From an uncultured Rhizobium sp. (lineage in GTDB: Bacteria > Bacteroidota > Bacteroidia > NS11-12g > UBA955), in contig CAZGQS010000001.1 of the NCBI GenBank assembly GCA_964527775.1, positions 126,039 to 190,038 on the forward strand: a stretch of 64,000 nucleotides of DNA. The letters run 5' to 3'. Of the stretch, positions 29,042 to 38,841 are shown piece after piece. Within the stretch, counting starts at the first letter, position 1. Every line of letters begins with the position of its first letter. Under the pieces are notes generated by a model. It saw nothing but the letters and a program-made list of their open reading frames with translations, was not told the origin of the DNA and ran no database searches. A program made the position numbers and the translations under genes.

Positions 29042-31168
29042 TTAATCAATTAAAGTTAAATCAATATTTCTTGCGAGTAAATTGGCTTTTTTTACTTTTA
29101 CCGAAATAATATCGCCAAGTCGGTATTCTCTTTTGGTTCTTCTCCCCACTATTTTCCGTTGTTCTTCCACGAAATAGAATTGGTCTTTTCTAATATCTGT
29201 AAGTCGAATCAATCCTTCGGCGTGGTAATCTATGATGGTGGCATAAATTCCCCATTCAGTAACACCTGTAATACGAGCTTCAAAGATTTCTCCTTCGTGC
29301 AGTTTCATGAGTTCAGCCAATTTGTACTTGATACTGGCTCTTTCTGCATCGGAGGCTTTTTGCTCCATGTTGCTTGAATGTTTAGCTAACTCTTCGATGT
29401 TTGCCGAATTATAGGTGGAGGGTTTAGCGTTTAATAAGTCAAATAGAATTCGGTGTGCGAGCAAGTCAGGATACCTACGAATAGGAGAGGTGAAATGCGT
29501 GTAATAGGCAAATGCAAGACCAAAATGCGAAGTTTTTTGTCCAGTATAAACTGCCTTTGCCATGGTTCTGATAGACATTTGCTGCAGTAGGTCAGCTTCA
29601 GGCTTTCCTGCTGATCTTTCGAGTAGACTATTGAATGATTTTCTTAAGACTTTTTCGTTTTCGATTTGGATGGGGTAACCCATTAATTTGCAGAACTTTG
29701 CAAAATCTAACAGTTTTTCTTGCGGGGGTTCGTCATGAGTTCTGTAGATAAACGGTGGTGGTGGAGTTGAATGCTGATGTACATGTACAGCAACCGTTTG
29801 ATTCGCAAGCAACATGAAGGTTTCAATCATTTTATGCGCCTCAAAACGTACTTTTTCTTTCACTTTGGTGGGTAAACCCTTTTCGTCTAATTCAAATCGT
29901 AATTCTTTACTTTCAAATCGAAGTGCACCGCGATCAAATCGTATTTTTTCAAAATGTTGTGCGATGGTATTCAGTAAGATCAATTCCTTTCCGAAATCGC
30001 CTTCCCCCGAAATAATTCCAATTTGGGCTTGTTCATAGGAAAAACGGCGATCACTATGAATGATACCCTTACCAATCCAGTGGTTGATAATTTTATAATC
30101 TTGGTCTAAAGTCAATACCACCGAAAAGCATAATCTGTCTTCATTGGGGCGCAGAGAACACAGGTTGTTGCTGAGCTTTTCTGGCAACATAGGTATTGTT
30201 CTATCAACCAAATAAACGGAGGTAGCTCGTTGAATGGCTTCTTGATCTAGGGGGGAGCCTTCTTTTACATAGTGGCTAACATCTGCAATGTGAATGCCAA
30301 TTTCAAATTCATTTTTTTCATTGATTTCGAGGGATATTGCATCGTCAAAATCTTTTGCATCTTCGGGGTCAATGGTGAAGGTGGTGATGGAGCGAAAATC
30401 TCTTCTTTGTTTGATTTCGGCTGCATCTATAACCTCCGGAATAGCTTCTGACTCAGTTAAAACATCCTCCGGGAACCGGGTTGAAAATCCAAATTCAGCC
30501 ACAATGGCATGCATTTCAGTATCGTGCGCACCGGGTTTTCCAAAGACATCAATGATTTTGCCCAACGGGAATCTGCTATTTTCCGGGAAATCGTAAACTT
30601 CAACTTGCGCCTTGCAACCGTCAAATTTATCAGCGGGAGATGGGGTGATTTTAATGTCTTTATAACCACTTTTACCTGTGAGCAAAAAGGCATTTCCATT
30701 GAAAATGTCGAGAACTCCAATAATTCGTCTGGGGGTGCGCGAAATCAATTTGGGCGGCGAAAATGCAGAACGTTTTCCTTGTTTGAGGAATTCTAGTTCA
30801 ATAATATCTTCGGGAAGAAATCGCTGCAAAAGGCTGGAAGGCACTCTGATAATTTCATCGGTTTCGGTATTCTTTAGCAATAATTCACCGGCGTAATTAT
30901 TGATGACCTTTGCTTGAATGGATTGGCTTTTTTGCGCTTTTTGGAATTGCCCCTTGGTGGGTTGACGTACCAATCCTTTCTGAACCAGACTGAGCAATGA
31001 ATGGTAAATGGTGTCTTTTTTAAGTCCAGCTTCTCTGGGGATTCTTAAAAATACTTGTTGGGCATTGAGACTGCCTTTTTTATGGTCTTCCAGAATGGCT
31101 AAAATGACTTTTTCAGCCAAGGAAAGTTTTTGATTCTTTTTCAATGATTTAGGATTCGTAATAATCAA
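29042..31168 (-). CDS. rnr: Ribonuclease R
   Basis: N-terminal winged-helix/cold-shock region, an RNB catalytic domain (IDPEDAKDFDDAISLE, YTHFTSPIRRYPDL) and a C-terminal S1 domain. Confidence 0.9.
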   Translation of the reverse strand: MIITNPKSLKKNQKLSLAEKVILAILEDHKKGSLNAQQVFLRIPREAGLKKDTIYHSLLSLVQKGLVRQPTKGQFQKAQKSQSIQAKVINNYAGELLLKNTETDEIIRVPSSLLQRFLPEDIIELEFLKQGKRSAFSPPKLISRTPRRIIGVLDIFNGNAFLLTGKSGYKDIKITPSPADKFDGCKAQVEVYDFPENSRFPLGKIIDVFGKPGAHDTEMHAIVAEFGFSTRFPEDVLTESEAIPEVIDAAEIKQRRDFRSITTFTIDPEDAKDFDDAISLEINEKNEFEIGIHIADVSHYVKEGSPLDQEAIQRATSVYLVDRTIPMLPEKLSNNLCSLRPNEDRLCFSVVLTLDQDYKIINHWIGKGIIHSDRRFSYEQAQIGIISGEGDFGKELILLNTIAQHFEKIRFDRGALRFESKELRFELDEKGLPTKVKEKVRFEAHKMIETFMLLANQTVAVHVHQHSTPPPPFIYRTHDEPPQEKLLDFAKFCKLMGYPIQIENEKVLRKSFNSLLERSAGKPEADLLQQMSIRTMAKAVYTGQKTSHFGLAFAYYTHFTSPIRRYPDLLAHRILFDLLNAKPSTYNSANIEELAKHSSNMEQKASDAERASIKYKLAELMKLHEGEIFEARITGVTEWGIYATIIDYHAEGLIRLTDIRKDQFYFVEEQRKIVGRRTKREYRLGDIISVKVKKANLLARNIDLTLID

Positions 31169-32441
31169 GATCCTTATGGAAGGATTCCTCGACCCGCAAA
31201 GTTCCCCAAATTGCTATGACTAAACAAATTATTCCGACTAAATAGGCAGAATGTAAGGTGTAATGGGTGGAAACCGACTTTAACGCTGACTCAAAATACT
31301 CGTATCCCCAAGTAATTAACAACACACCGCCTCTCACAAAATTGGGAACTGTAGCAGAAACGGTACTTCGAATATTGGTACCAAATTGCTCGCTTGCATT
31401 GGTGACAAATAGGGCCCAATAACCGGTTGCCATTCCCAAAACGGTAGCTAAGACGCGATAGTAATTTGCAGAGCCCACAGGACCGTAGAGATATAAAGTC
31501 ATAACAAGGAAAATAGAAATTAAGTTGAAGAGTATGACTTTTTTTCTGCTTTGGAACCATTGAGATAAGATTCCAGAAAGGAGGTCCCCAGAAGAAAGTC
31601 CGACGTAACTCCAAAGCACCATTTCTTTGGTGGATACTTCCAACATGATGTTTGGGTTGCCTGTGATTTCGGGAAGGAATCTGTGTGCAAGGGCAATGAG
31701 GATTCCTACAACAAACCAAACGGGTAAACCAATTACGATACAAGCCAGGTATTTCAAAAAGGTATCTTTGGTTTTGAATAGGCTAAAGAAATTTCCTTTT
31801 TTTACTTCTGCACCTTGCATTTCGGCGAACATATTTGATTCAAAAGTACCTGCTCTTAAGGCTAGCAACACCAATCCTAAAACTCCTCCAACAATGTAAG
31901 CCACTTGCCAATTGGCTAATGGTTTCCCAATAATGGATGATATAAATTCACCAATAATCTCACCTTTATCAGCCACTAAGAAGGCGGCAACTGCACCTAA
32001 TGCTCCGAAGGTTACAATAATCATGGTACCCACGCCTCGTTTTTTAATGGGCATAAGTTCAGCAACCAAAGTTATTGCGGCACCTAATTCACCTGCCAGA
32101 CCTAAACCAGCAATAAATCGCCAAACCTTGTAAGCTTCTAATGTTGTCACAAAAGCATTGGCAATGTTTGCGATACTGTAAATTAAGATACTTCCAAAAA
32201 GCACGCTCACGCGACCTTTTTTATCGCCTAGAATTCCCCAAATCAATCCGCCCATAAGCATTCCGGCCATCTGCCATCTGAAAAGGACGGTTTCATTGGT
32301 TAAGAAATCTATGCTCAAAGCATCTAGACTTTCTTTTTTAATGATATTGAATAAAATCAAATCATAAATATCAACGAAATAGCCTAGAGATGCTACAATA
32401 ATTAGTAAGGCAATATTCTTTTTTGGTCTGTCTTTTGACAT
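31149..32441 (-). CDS. MFS transporter
   Basis: About 12 TM helices and the MFS loop motif GILGDKKGRV. The start is placed at MSKDRPKK (32441), which removes the overlap with the upstream gene. Confidence 0.75.
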   Translation of the reverse strand: MSKDRPKKNIALLIIVASLGYFVDIYDLILFNIIKKESLDALSIDFLTNETVLFRWQMAGMLMGGLIWGILGDKKGRVSVLFGSILIYSIANIANAFVTTLEAYKVWRFIAGLGLAGELGAAITLVAELMPIKKRGVGTMIIVTFGALGAVAAFLVADKGEIIGEFISSIIGKPLANWQVAYIVGGVLGLVLLALRAGTFESNMFAEMQGAEVKKGNFFSLFKTKDTFLKYLACIVIGLPVWFVVGILIALAHRFLPEITGNPNIMLEVSTKEMVLWSYVGLSSGDLLSGILSQWFQSRKKVILFNLISIFLVMTLYLYGPVGSANYYRVLATVLGMATGYWALFVTNASEQFGTNIRSTVSATVPNFVRGGVLLITWGYEYFESALKSVSTHYTLHSAYLVGIICLVIAIWGTLRVEESFHKDLDYYES

Positions 32442-32472
32442 GTTCGGCAAGATACGAAATATGAAGTTAATC

Positions 32473-32961
32473 CTATAATTTAGGATCCAGTGAACCAATA
32501 TTTTGACAGAATTTATCTAAAAAATATTGGTCAGTTTGATCAAACTCAGAGAAATTGACAGAATCAATATCTAAAACAGCCCAAACTTCGCCGAGACTGT
32601 TACAGATAGGCACCACTATTTCAGAATTAGAAGCAGAGCTGCAGGCAATGTGACCAGGGAATTCATGAACGTTAGGTACAAGCTGGGTGCATTTGTCTTT
32701 CCAAGCGGTTCCACAGACTCCTTTTCCATATTCAATTCTGGTACAGGCATTTGTGCCTTGGAAAGGCCCTAATACGAGTTCTCCATCATTTACTAAATAA
32801 ACACCTGTCCACCAGTGATTGAAAAGCTCCTTAAGCAAGGCAATAGCATTGCTTAAATTTGAGAACCACGGTGCTTTTGGGTCTAAAAAATGAGGCCAAT
32901 TATTTAATAGCCATTGGTATTTTTCTTCTTTAGTTAACCCTTGTACAGAAAACTCATTCAT
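32473..32961 (-). CDS. msrC: GAF-domain protein, free methionine-(R)-sulfoxide reductase-like
   Basis: GKGVCGTAW...FPGHIACSSASNSEIVVPI matches the fRMsr-type GAF signature. Confidence 0.7.
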   Translation of the reverse strand: MNEFSVQGLTKEEKYQWLLNNWPHFLDPKAPWFSNLSNAIALLKELFNHWWTGVYLVNDGELVLGPFQGTNACTRIEYGKGVCGTAWKDKCTQLVPNVHEFPGHIACSSASNSEIVVPICNSLGEVWAVLDIDSVNFSEFDQTDQYFLDKFCQNIGSLDPKL

Positions 32962-33045
32962 AAAGCGTCGAAATTAATTGATTTTTATCAGTGTTTATCC
33001 CGTAAATTATAGGTAAATTGCGTGTTTATTTGATTTATTTTGGGA

Positions 33046-36006
33046 ATGGAAGTTGTAAATACCAAAAAGTTTGAAGTTGTTTTCACTTTTGTGAATCATG
33101 CTAATTTTGGTATCATAGTGGAAGCCAATGCGGTACAGTTATTGGATAATGGAAATCCATCGTTGACGTTTCAACGTATTAGAATTCAAAATGCTGATTA
33201 TTTTCAGTTAGACAATGCTCAAAAAGCAGCGGTAGAGCTCATTGAAAAGTTCGAAATGGATGTGATTATGAAGAAATTCTACACCGGTACAAAAAAATTG
33301 AAACCGGCTGATTTTATTCTAAAGCACTACAATCCGGATCTAGCCAAATTAGTTCGAGAGTATATCGAGATCCATTTGCTGAAATTGCTGCACATCATCA
33401 AAGATTATCCGCTTTATTGGTCTGGGAAGTTAGGCGAGCCCATGGGACAAAGAATTCAGTTTGCCAATGAGCCCACTTCGGTGTTGTTTCATTTTAGGGA
33501 ACAAGAAGATGGCATGAATTATTTTGTAACCCTAAAACACCAAGATCAAAAAATCAATATTTTCGAAAATAACGCGCATCTTTTGGTAGGTAAGCCTGCC
33601 TGGATCATAACCGAAGACCGCTTGTTATTTTTCAATGAAAGGGTTGATGGAGTTAAAATCAAACCGTTTTTCAACAAACGATTCATTCATATTGCGGCAA
33701 ATCAATTGTCGGTTTACATGAATAAATTCGTGTTACCCCTTCTAGAAAATCACGATGTCTATGCCAAGAGTTTTGACATTGTAACTGAGCAATTGTCAGT
33801 GAAACCGGTTTTGAGGCTGAATAAATCCCAAGAAAAAGTTAAAAACCTGCTGCTGTATTTTCAATATGGTAATTGGCAATTCCCCTATCACGTAGATAAG
33901 AGAGTAAACGTATCGCTCGAAGAAAAAGACGGGAAATTTACCTTCCATAGAATTCGTAGATCTTATCCCATTGAAAAAGATAATATTCGAATTTTACAAG
34001 AATTAGGATTGTCATTTGTGAAAGGCAGTATTATGGGAATTGATTCTGACCAAGATTATGATTATTCTATGGTTCAATGGGTCAATCAATACTCAGATGA
34101 ACTAATCAGAAATGGTTTTGTCATTGAACAAGATTTTTCAGAGGTTAATTATTTTTTGGGGAAGATTGACGTTAAAATCAAGGTTTCTCAAGCAGAAGAT
34201 TGGTTCGACTTAATGGCAATTGTTCGATTTGGAAGTTTTGAAATACCTTTTACTCGTCTAAAAAATCACATTCTTAATAACAAGAAAGAGTTTGTTCTTC
34301 CCGATGGAAGTATTGCCGTTCTACCCAGTGAATGGTTCTCTCATTTTTCGAAAGTACTGAATTTTTCGGTGGAAGAAGATGACAGACTAAAAATAAAAAA
34401 GATTCATATTTCTCTTCTTGAAGATCTTCAAGAGTATCTGGATGATGAATTGCCAAGCGCCGATTGGGCAGCTGCCATCACTGATCAAAAAATTCCTGAT
34501 TGTAAAATCCCTTCTTCCTTTAAGGCAGAAATGCGTACCTATCAAAAAGAAGGATACAATTGGATGAGATTTTTATTGGATAACAAACTTGGAGCACTTT
34601 TGGCAGATGATATGGGATTGGGTAAAACCATTCAAACCTTGGCGTTAATTCAGCACTTAACTGATGAACAAGCCAAGCTTAAACTAATAGGTAAATTAAA
34701 TTTGCCATCACCCGAACAAGTCCAACAACTGATCAACGGCCAATCTGACCAAGAATCACATTGGCATGGTCCATGTATTGTGGTGTGCCCCAAATCACTT
34801 TTATACAATTGGAGAAATGAAGCCAATAAATTTGCTCCAGAACTTAAGGTTTTGACCTATAGTGGATTAAATAGAAGTAAACTCATTACTCAATTTACCG
34901 AAGTTGATTTGGTTGTTATGAGTTACGGCACCATGCGCAATGATCTGGATTTCTTGAAAAAGTTTGAATACCCCCTAATTGTATTAGATGAAAGTCAAGC
35001 CATAAAAAATCCTTCGTCTTTAACGGCTCGTAATTTATTAAAGATACATGCCCGACATAAAGTTGCTTTAACAGGTACCCCCATTGAAAATACACTCTTA
35101 GACATTTGGAGTCAGATGAATTTCTTGAATCCCGGTTTATTGGGAAGTTACACCTACTTTGAGAAACAGTTCATTCGTCCAATAGAAAAAGAAGGAAATA
35201 CAAAGAAAACCGATGAGTTGAAGCGTTTTATAGATCCATTCGTGCTTCGCAGAACAAAGGGTCAAGTAATGAAAGATCTTCCACCGAAAGTAGAAAAGAT
35301 CCATTACTGTGAAATGAGCGAAGAGCAAAGTGAATTGTACGAGAAAATAAAAAGTCAATATCGAAATGAAATTCTTTCTCACATCAATGAGGTAGGAATC
35401 AGTAAATCGAGATTGAAAATATTCAATGGTTTAATGCATTTAAGGCAATTGGCGTTAAATCCTGTTTTAAAAGATTCGAACTACGAAGGTAGCTCCGGAA
35501 AAGACGATGAAATTGTGAGAATGTTGGTAAGGGCCATTGAAAACGGTCATAAAATATTGTTGTTCTCTCAATTTGTAGGTTATCTCAAAAATATTGCTGA
35601 AATCCTTAAAGATTCAGGCATTAAATACTGCTATTTAGACGGTTCTATGGATGAACATGAACGTCAAGATCAAATTGAAGTGTTCCAAAACAACAATGAA
35701 ATTAGAATTTTCTTGTTGAGCTTGAGGGCGGGTAATTCAGGATTGAATCTAACAGCGGCAGATTATGTATTCTTGGCTGACCCATGGTGGAATCCATTTA
35801 CCATGAAACAAGCAGAAGATAGAGCGCATAGAATGGGACAGAGTAAAACCGTAATGAGTTATAAATTCATTACTAAAGACACCATTGAAGAAAAAATTCT
35901 TGCGTTGCAACAAAAGAAAACGAGACTGGCAGAGAGCATCATTCCTGATGAAGATACCATTCTAAACAACATCAACGTAGAAGAACTCGAAGAGCTATTA
36001 TCTTAG
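33046..36006 (+). CDS. SNF2-family helicase/ATPase with a long uncharacterised N-terminal region
   Basis: Motif I LADDMGLGKT, DExx box LDESQAIKN, TGTPIEN and helicase-C QAEDRAHRMGQ. The first roughly 500 aa have no motif I recognise. The ATG at 33046 is preferred over the TTG at 33040. Confidence 0.85.
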   Translation: MEVVNTKKFEVVFTFVNHANFGIIVEANAVQLLDNGNPSLTFQRIRIQNADYFQLDNAQKAAVELIEKFEMDVIMKKFYTGTKKLKPADFILKHYNPDLAKLVREYIEIHLLKLLHIIKDYPLYWSGKLGEPMGQRIQFANEPTSVLFHFREQEDGMNYFVTLKHQDQKINIFENNAHLLVGKPAWIITEDRLLFFNERVDGVKIKPFFNKRFIHIAANQLSVYMNKFVLPLLENHDVYAKSFDIVTEQLSVKPVLRLNKSQEKVKNLLLYFQYGNWQFPYHVDKRVNVSLEEKDGKFTFHRIRRSYPIEKDNIRILQELGLSFVKGSIMGIDSDQDYDYSMVQWVNQYSDELIRNGFVIEQDFSEVNYFLGKIDVKIKVSQAEDWFDLMAIVRFGSFEIPFTRLKNHILNNKKEFVLPDGSIAVLPSEWFSHFSKVLNFSVEEDDRLKIKKIHISLLEDLQEYLDDELPSADWAAAITDQKIPDCKIPSSFKAEMRTYQKEGYNWMRFLLDNKLGALLADDMGLGKTIQTLALIQHLTDEQAKLKLIGKLNLPSPEQVQQLINGQSDQESHWHGPCIVVCPKSLLYNWRNEANKFAPELKVLTYSGLNRSKLITQFTEVDLVVMSYGTMRNDLDFLKKFEYPLIVLDESQAIKNPSSLTARNLLKIHARHKVALTGTPIENTLLDIWSQMNFLNPGLLGSYTYFEKQFIRPIEKEGNTKKTDELKRFIDPFVLRRTKGQVMKDLPPKVEKIHYCEMSEEQSELYEKIKSQYRNEILSHINEVGISKSRLKIFNGLMHLRQLALNPVLKDSNYEGSSGKDDEIVRMLVRAIENGHKILLFSQFVGYLKNIAEILKDSGIKYCYLDGSMDEHERQDQIEVFQNNNEIRIFLLSLRAGNSGLNLTAADYVFLADPWWNPFTMKQAEDRAHRMGQSKTVMSYKFITKDTIEEKILALQQKKTRLAESIIPDEDTILNNINVEELEELLS

Positions 36007-36008
36007 TT

Positions 36009-36686
36009 ATGCAATTGATGGGTCTTGATCAAGAAAGTCAATGGTTTCAACTTTTCGAAAGAAGTGGAATGGTTGACGGTTTGAACTTCCTTTCAGATAG
36101 AATTGAAAAATCAAGATCTTCACATAATATTTTCCCACCTCAAGATCAAATTCTGAGGGCTTTCCAATTGTGTGATTTTAGAAAGGTGAAGGTGGTTATT
36201 TTAGGCCAGGATCCTTACCATGGATTTGGACAAGCACACGGTTTGGCATTTTCGGTAAATAAAGGCATTAAAATACCTCCTTCATTGATGAATATATTCA
36301 AAGAAATTCAACGTGAAATGGGTGGTGAAATGCCTCGAAACGGTGATTTAACTGCTTGGGCAGAACAAGGTGTTTTATTGCTTAATACCATTTTGACGGT
36401 TGAAGAATCAAAACCGCTTTCTCATCAAGATTTGGGGTGGCAAACCTTCACCAATAAATGCATTCAATTTTTGAATAAGCACTCTGAAGGACTTGCATTC
36501 ATGTTGTGGGGGAGTCATGCACAGAAATTTGCGGCTCAAATAGACAGGCAAAAGCATCAATTATTTCAAACTTCTCATCCAAGTCCGCTGAGTGTTTACA
36601 GGGGATTTGATGGTTGCGGACATTTCACAGAAGTGAATAAATACATGACTTCGCTTAAAAAAGAACCGATAAATTGGATCTTATAG
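36009..36686 (+). CDS. ung: Uracil-DNA glycosylase (family 1)
   Basis: Motifs GQDPYH and HPSPLS. The start is 2 nt after the SNF2 stop. Confidence 0.9.
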   Translation: MQLMGLDQESQWFQLFERSGMVDGLNFLSDRIEKSRSSHNIFPPQDQILRAFQLCDFRKVKVVILGQDPYHGFGQAHGLAFSVNKGIKIPPSLMNIFKEIQREMGGEMPRNGDLTAWAEQGVLLLNTILTVEESKPLSHQDLGWQTFTNKCIQFLNKHSEGLAFMLWGSHAQKFAAQIDRQKHQLFQTSHPSPLSVYRGFDGCGHFTEVNKYMTSLKKEPINWIL

Positions 36687-36723
36687 TTTAGGCGTTGCAC
36701 TCTGAAATTTGTAATTTCGCAAT

Positions 36724-37413
36724 GTGGAGTATCCAATCAGTATTCAAAATGCTAATTTTTATCAGGGGAAATTACCCATTCTAAAGAATGTGAATTTGCA
36801 AATTTCGCCTGGGGAGTTTGTATTTCTAATAGGTAAGACTGGATCAGGAAAATCCACAATTTTAAAGGCACTTTACGGAGAAATACCGGTAACTGAAGGA
36901 ACTGTATCGGTGTCAACATTCCAGTTGAATGGTTTAAAAGAAAAAGACATTCCTTATTTGAGAAGAGAACTTGGAATTGTTTTTCAAGATTTCCAATTAC
37001 TGTCAGATAGATCAGCCTTAGACAATTTATTGTTTGTTCTTAAAGCCACTGGGTGGAAAAAGCAAGAAGAAATGCTGGCAAGGGCCAATGAGGTACTTGA
37101 AAAAGTAGGCTTACAAAACAAAGGGTATAAATATCCTGCTGAATTAAGCGGTGGAGAGCAGCAACGTTTGGCCATTGCAAGGGCATTGTTAAACAAGCCC
37201 AAATTAGTTTTAGCCGATGAACCCACAGGTAGTTTGGATCCAGAAATCAGTGATGAAGTGATGGTTTTATTGCAAAGAATTTGCGAAGAAGGTACATCCG
37301 TTTTGATGGCTACTCATGATTACAGGCTGATACACAAGTTTGGGGGTACCATTTATCAGGTGATTGACCAAACGCTAGAACCCGTTCCCAATGTAAATCA
37401 CCTTAATTGGTGA
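36724..37413 (+). CDS. ftsE: FtsE-like ABC transporter ATP-binding protein
   Basis: Walker A GKTGSGKST, signature LSGGEQQR and Walker B LVLADEPT. GTG start. No permease gene is adjacent. Confidence 0.7.
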   Translation: MEYPISIQNANFYQGKLPILKNVNLQISPGEFVFLIGKTGSGKSTILKALYGEIPVTEGTVSVSTFQLNGLKEKDIPYLRRELGIVFQDFQLLSDRSALDNLLFVLKATGWKKQEEMLARANEVLEKVGLQNKGYKYPAELSGGEQQRLAIARALLNKPKLVLADEPTGSLDPEISDEVMVLLQRICEEGTSVLMATHDYRLIHKFGGTIYQVIDQTLEPVPNVNHLNW

Positions 37414-38818
37414 TGATGGTAATATTGCCCATAATAGAACTATCTATATAAATTCGCTTATTGCTTGGTAGGTAATTATTTACGGATTTTGTGGTCAGGT
37501 TTTTTCTCGTGTAATTGCTTTTTTGATGATATATTGTGAGGTCTGAAACTTGCGAAGAGTCCAACTCTAGACATTTTATTTTATAGTTTGTTTTTCGTGT
37601 AAGAAGTTGGTATTCAAAGAAGTTTTGATGTAAATCTTTGTCTTCAATTGCCACCACTAAACTATCGCTGGGAGGTTTAACCATGGTTGAAATCAAACTG
37701 AGTTTTTGGTGGAGTCTATGAGGTGATACGCCTGTTCTGGGCAAGGCGAATTGTCCAAAATTCCATAAAAACATCCCAAGAGAAACCAGCAAGGAATAGT
37801 TCATGATTCTTCCGGTTTTATGCGAAAGTACCAATAGGAAGGGCAGAACAATCATAAATTCAATATTACCAACGCTGTATGCTGCAAATAAAAGATGAAA
37901 GAAAAATGCTGTTAAATAGATTAATGACCAATCAGATTTTTTGAAATTTAATTGGTGTGCGCCAACATACAATACCACACCAATCAAGCTAAATAGGATG
38001 CTAATAATGGCTACGCCCGACAAAAAAGGATTAAATACTTTCCAAAACATGATCATTTCACCGTGAACCTGAAAGAACACTCTGACGAAATTTACCGCTG
38101 TCATGGTAACATTATTTAGGCTTGGGACTAGTTGAACCAAACCATTGTCGACGTCTTGAAATATGAGTTGAAAAATTGATTTTGAATAAATGATGCTAAA
38201 GTAGAAGTATGTTGAAAGAACGATGGATGCAGATAGGAACAAATAAGACAATTTATAAGGCCATTTACAATTCTGATTCAACCATAAGGCAAAGAGCCAA
38301 AAAACATGACTTTGATGAAAGAGTGTTGCAACAGAAAGTAAAATGAATGCTATAAACCATTGATTTTTCTCATAAAAATAAGTACCAAGTAAAGAGAAGA
38401 ACAACGGTAACATATAGGTTTCATTCTCAAAGCTGTATTTCATGAATGAGAATGTGGCAGAGAGAAAGAACAATGCAAGTGCAATAGAGGAAAGTCTCCA
38501 TTTGCGTTGTTCAAATATGAGCCACACCACAACCAGATTTAAAACAGATATTATTAAATTAAAACGAATGAAAGATACCAACGGATTATAATCTTGCGGT
38601 GAAATGTAATCTACATCAAAATAGCTGTGATTGTATTGTTCGAATAGAAAACTCAAGACATATTTGTGTAGCAGATGATGTCCAGATTGTAAATCATTTT
38701 TCATGACTTCACAAGCATAGCCGTATGAATCACCCGTAAATTCAATGGGAATGAACCACCAACGCAAGAACAAATAGGATAAAATTTGCAGTAGAATTAA
38801 GGTGCGTTTTCGGGCCAT
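37403..38818 (-). CDS. Polytopic integral membrane protein, possibly a GT-C-type glycosyltransferase (hypothetical)
   Basis: More than 10 hydrophobic helices, an acidic motif in the first loop (EFTGDSYGYA) and a soluble C-terminal tail. There is no firm family assignment. Confidence 0.35.
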   Translation of the reverse strand: MARKRTLILLQILSYLFLRWWFIPIEFTGDSYGYACEVMKNDLQSGHHLLHKYVLSFLFEQYNHSYFDVDYISPQDYNPLVSFIRFNLIISVLNLVVVWLIFEQRKWRLSSIALALFFLSATFSFMKYSFENETYMLPLFFSLLGTYFYEKNQWFIAFILLSVATLFHQSHVFWLFALWLNQNCKWPYKLSYLFLSASIVLSTYFYFSIIYSKSIFQLIFQDVDNGLVQLVPSLNNVTMTAVNFVRVFFQVHGEMIMFWKVFNPFLSGVAIISILFSLIGVVLYVGAHQLNFKKSDWSLIYLTAFFFHLLFAAYSVGNIEFMIVLPFLLVLSHKTGRIMNYSLLVSLGMFLWNFGQFALPRTGVSPHRLHQKLSLISTMVKPPSDSLVVAIEDKDLHQNFFEYQLLTRKTNYKIKCLELDSSQVSDLTIYHQKSNYTRKNLTTKSVNNYLPSNKRIYIDSSIMGNITIITN

Positions 38819-38841
38819 TTCAACAAAGATAACATGTATCT

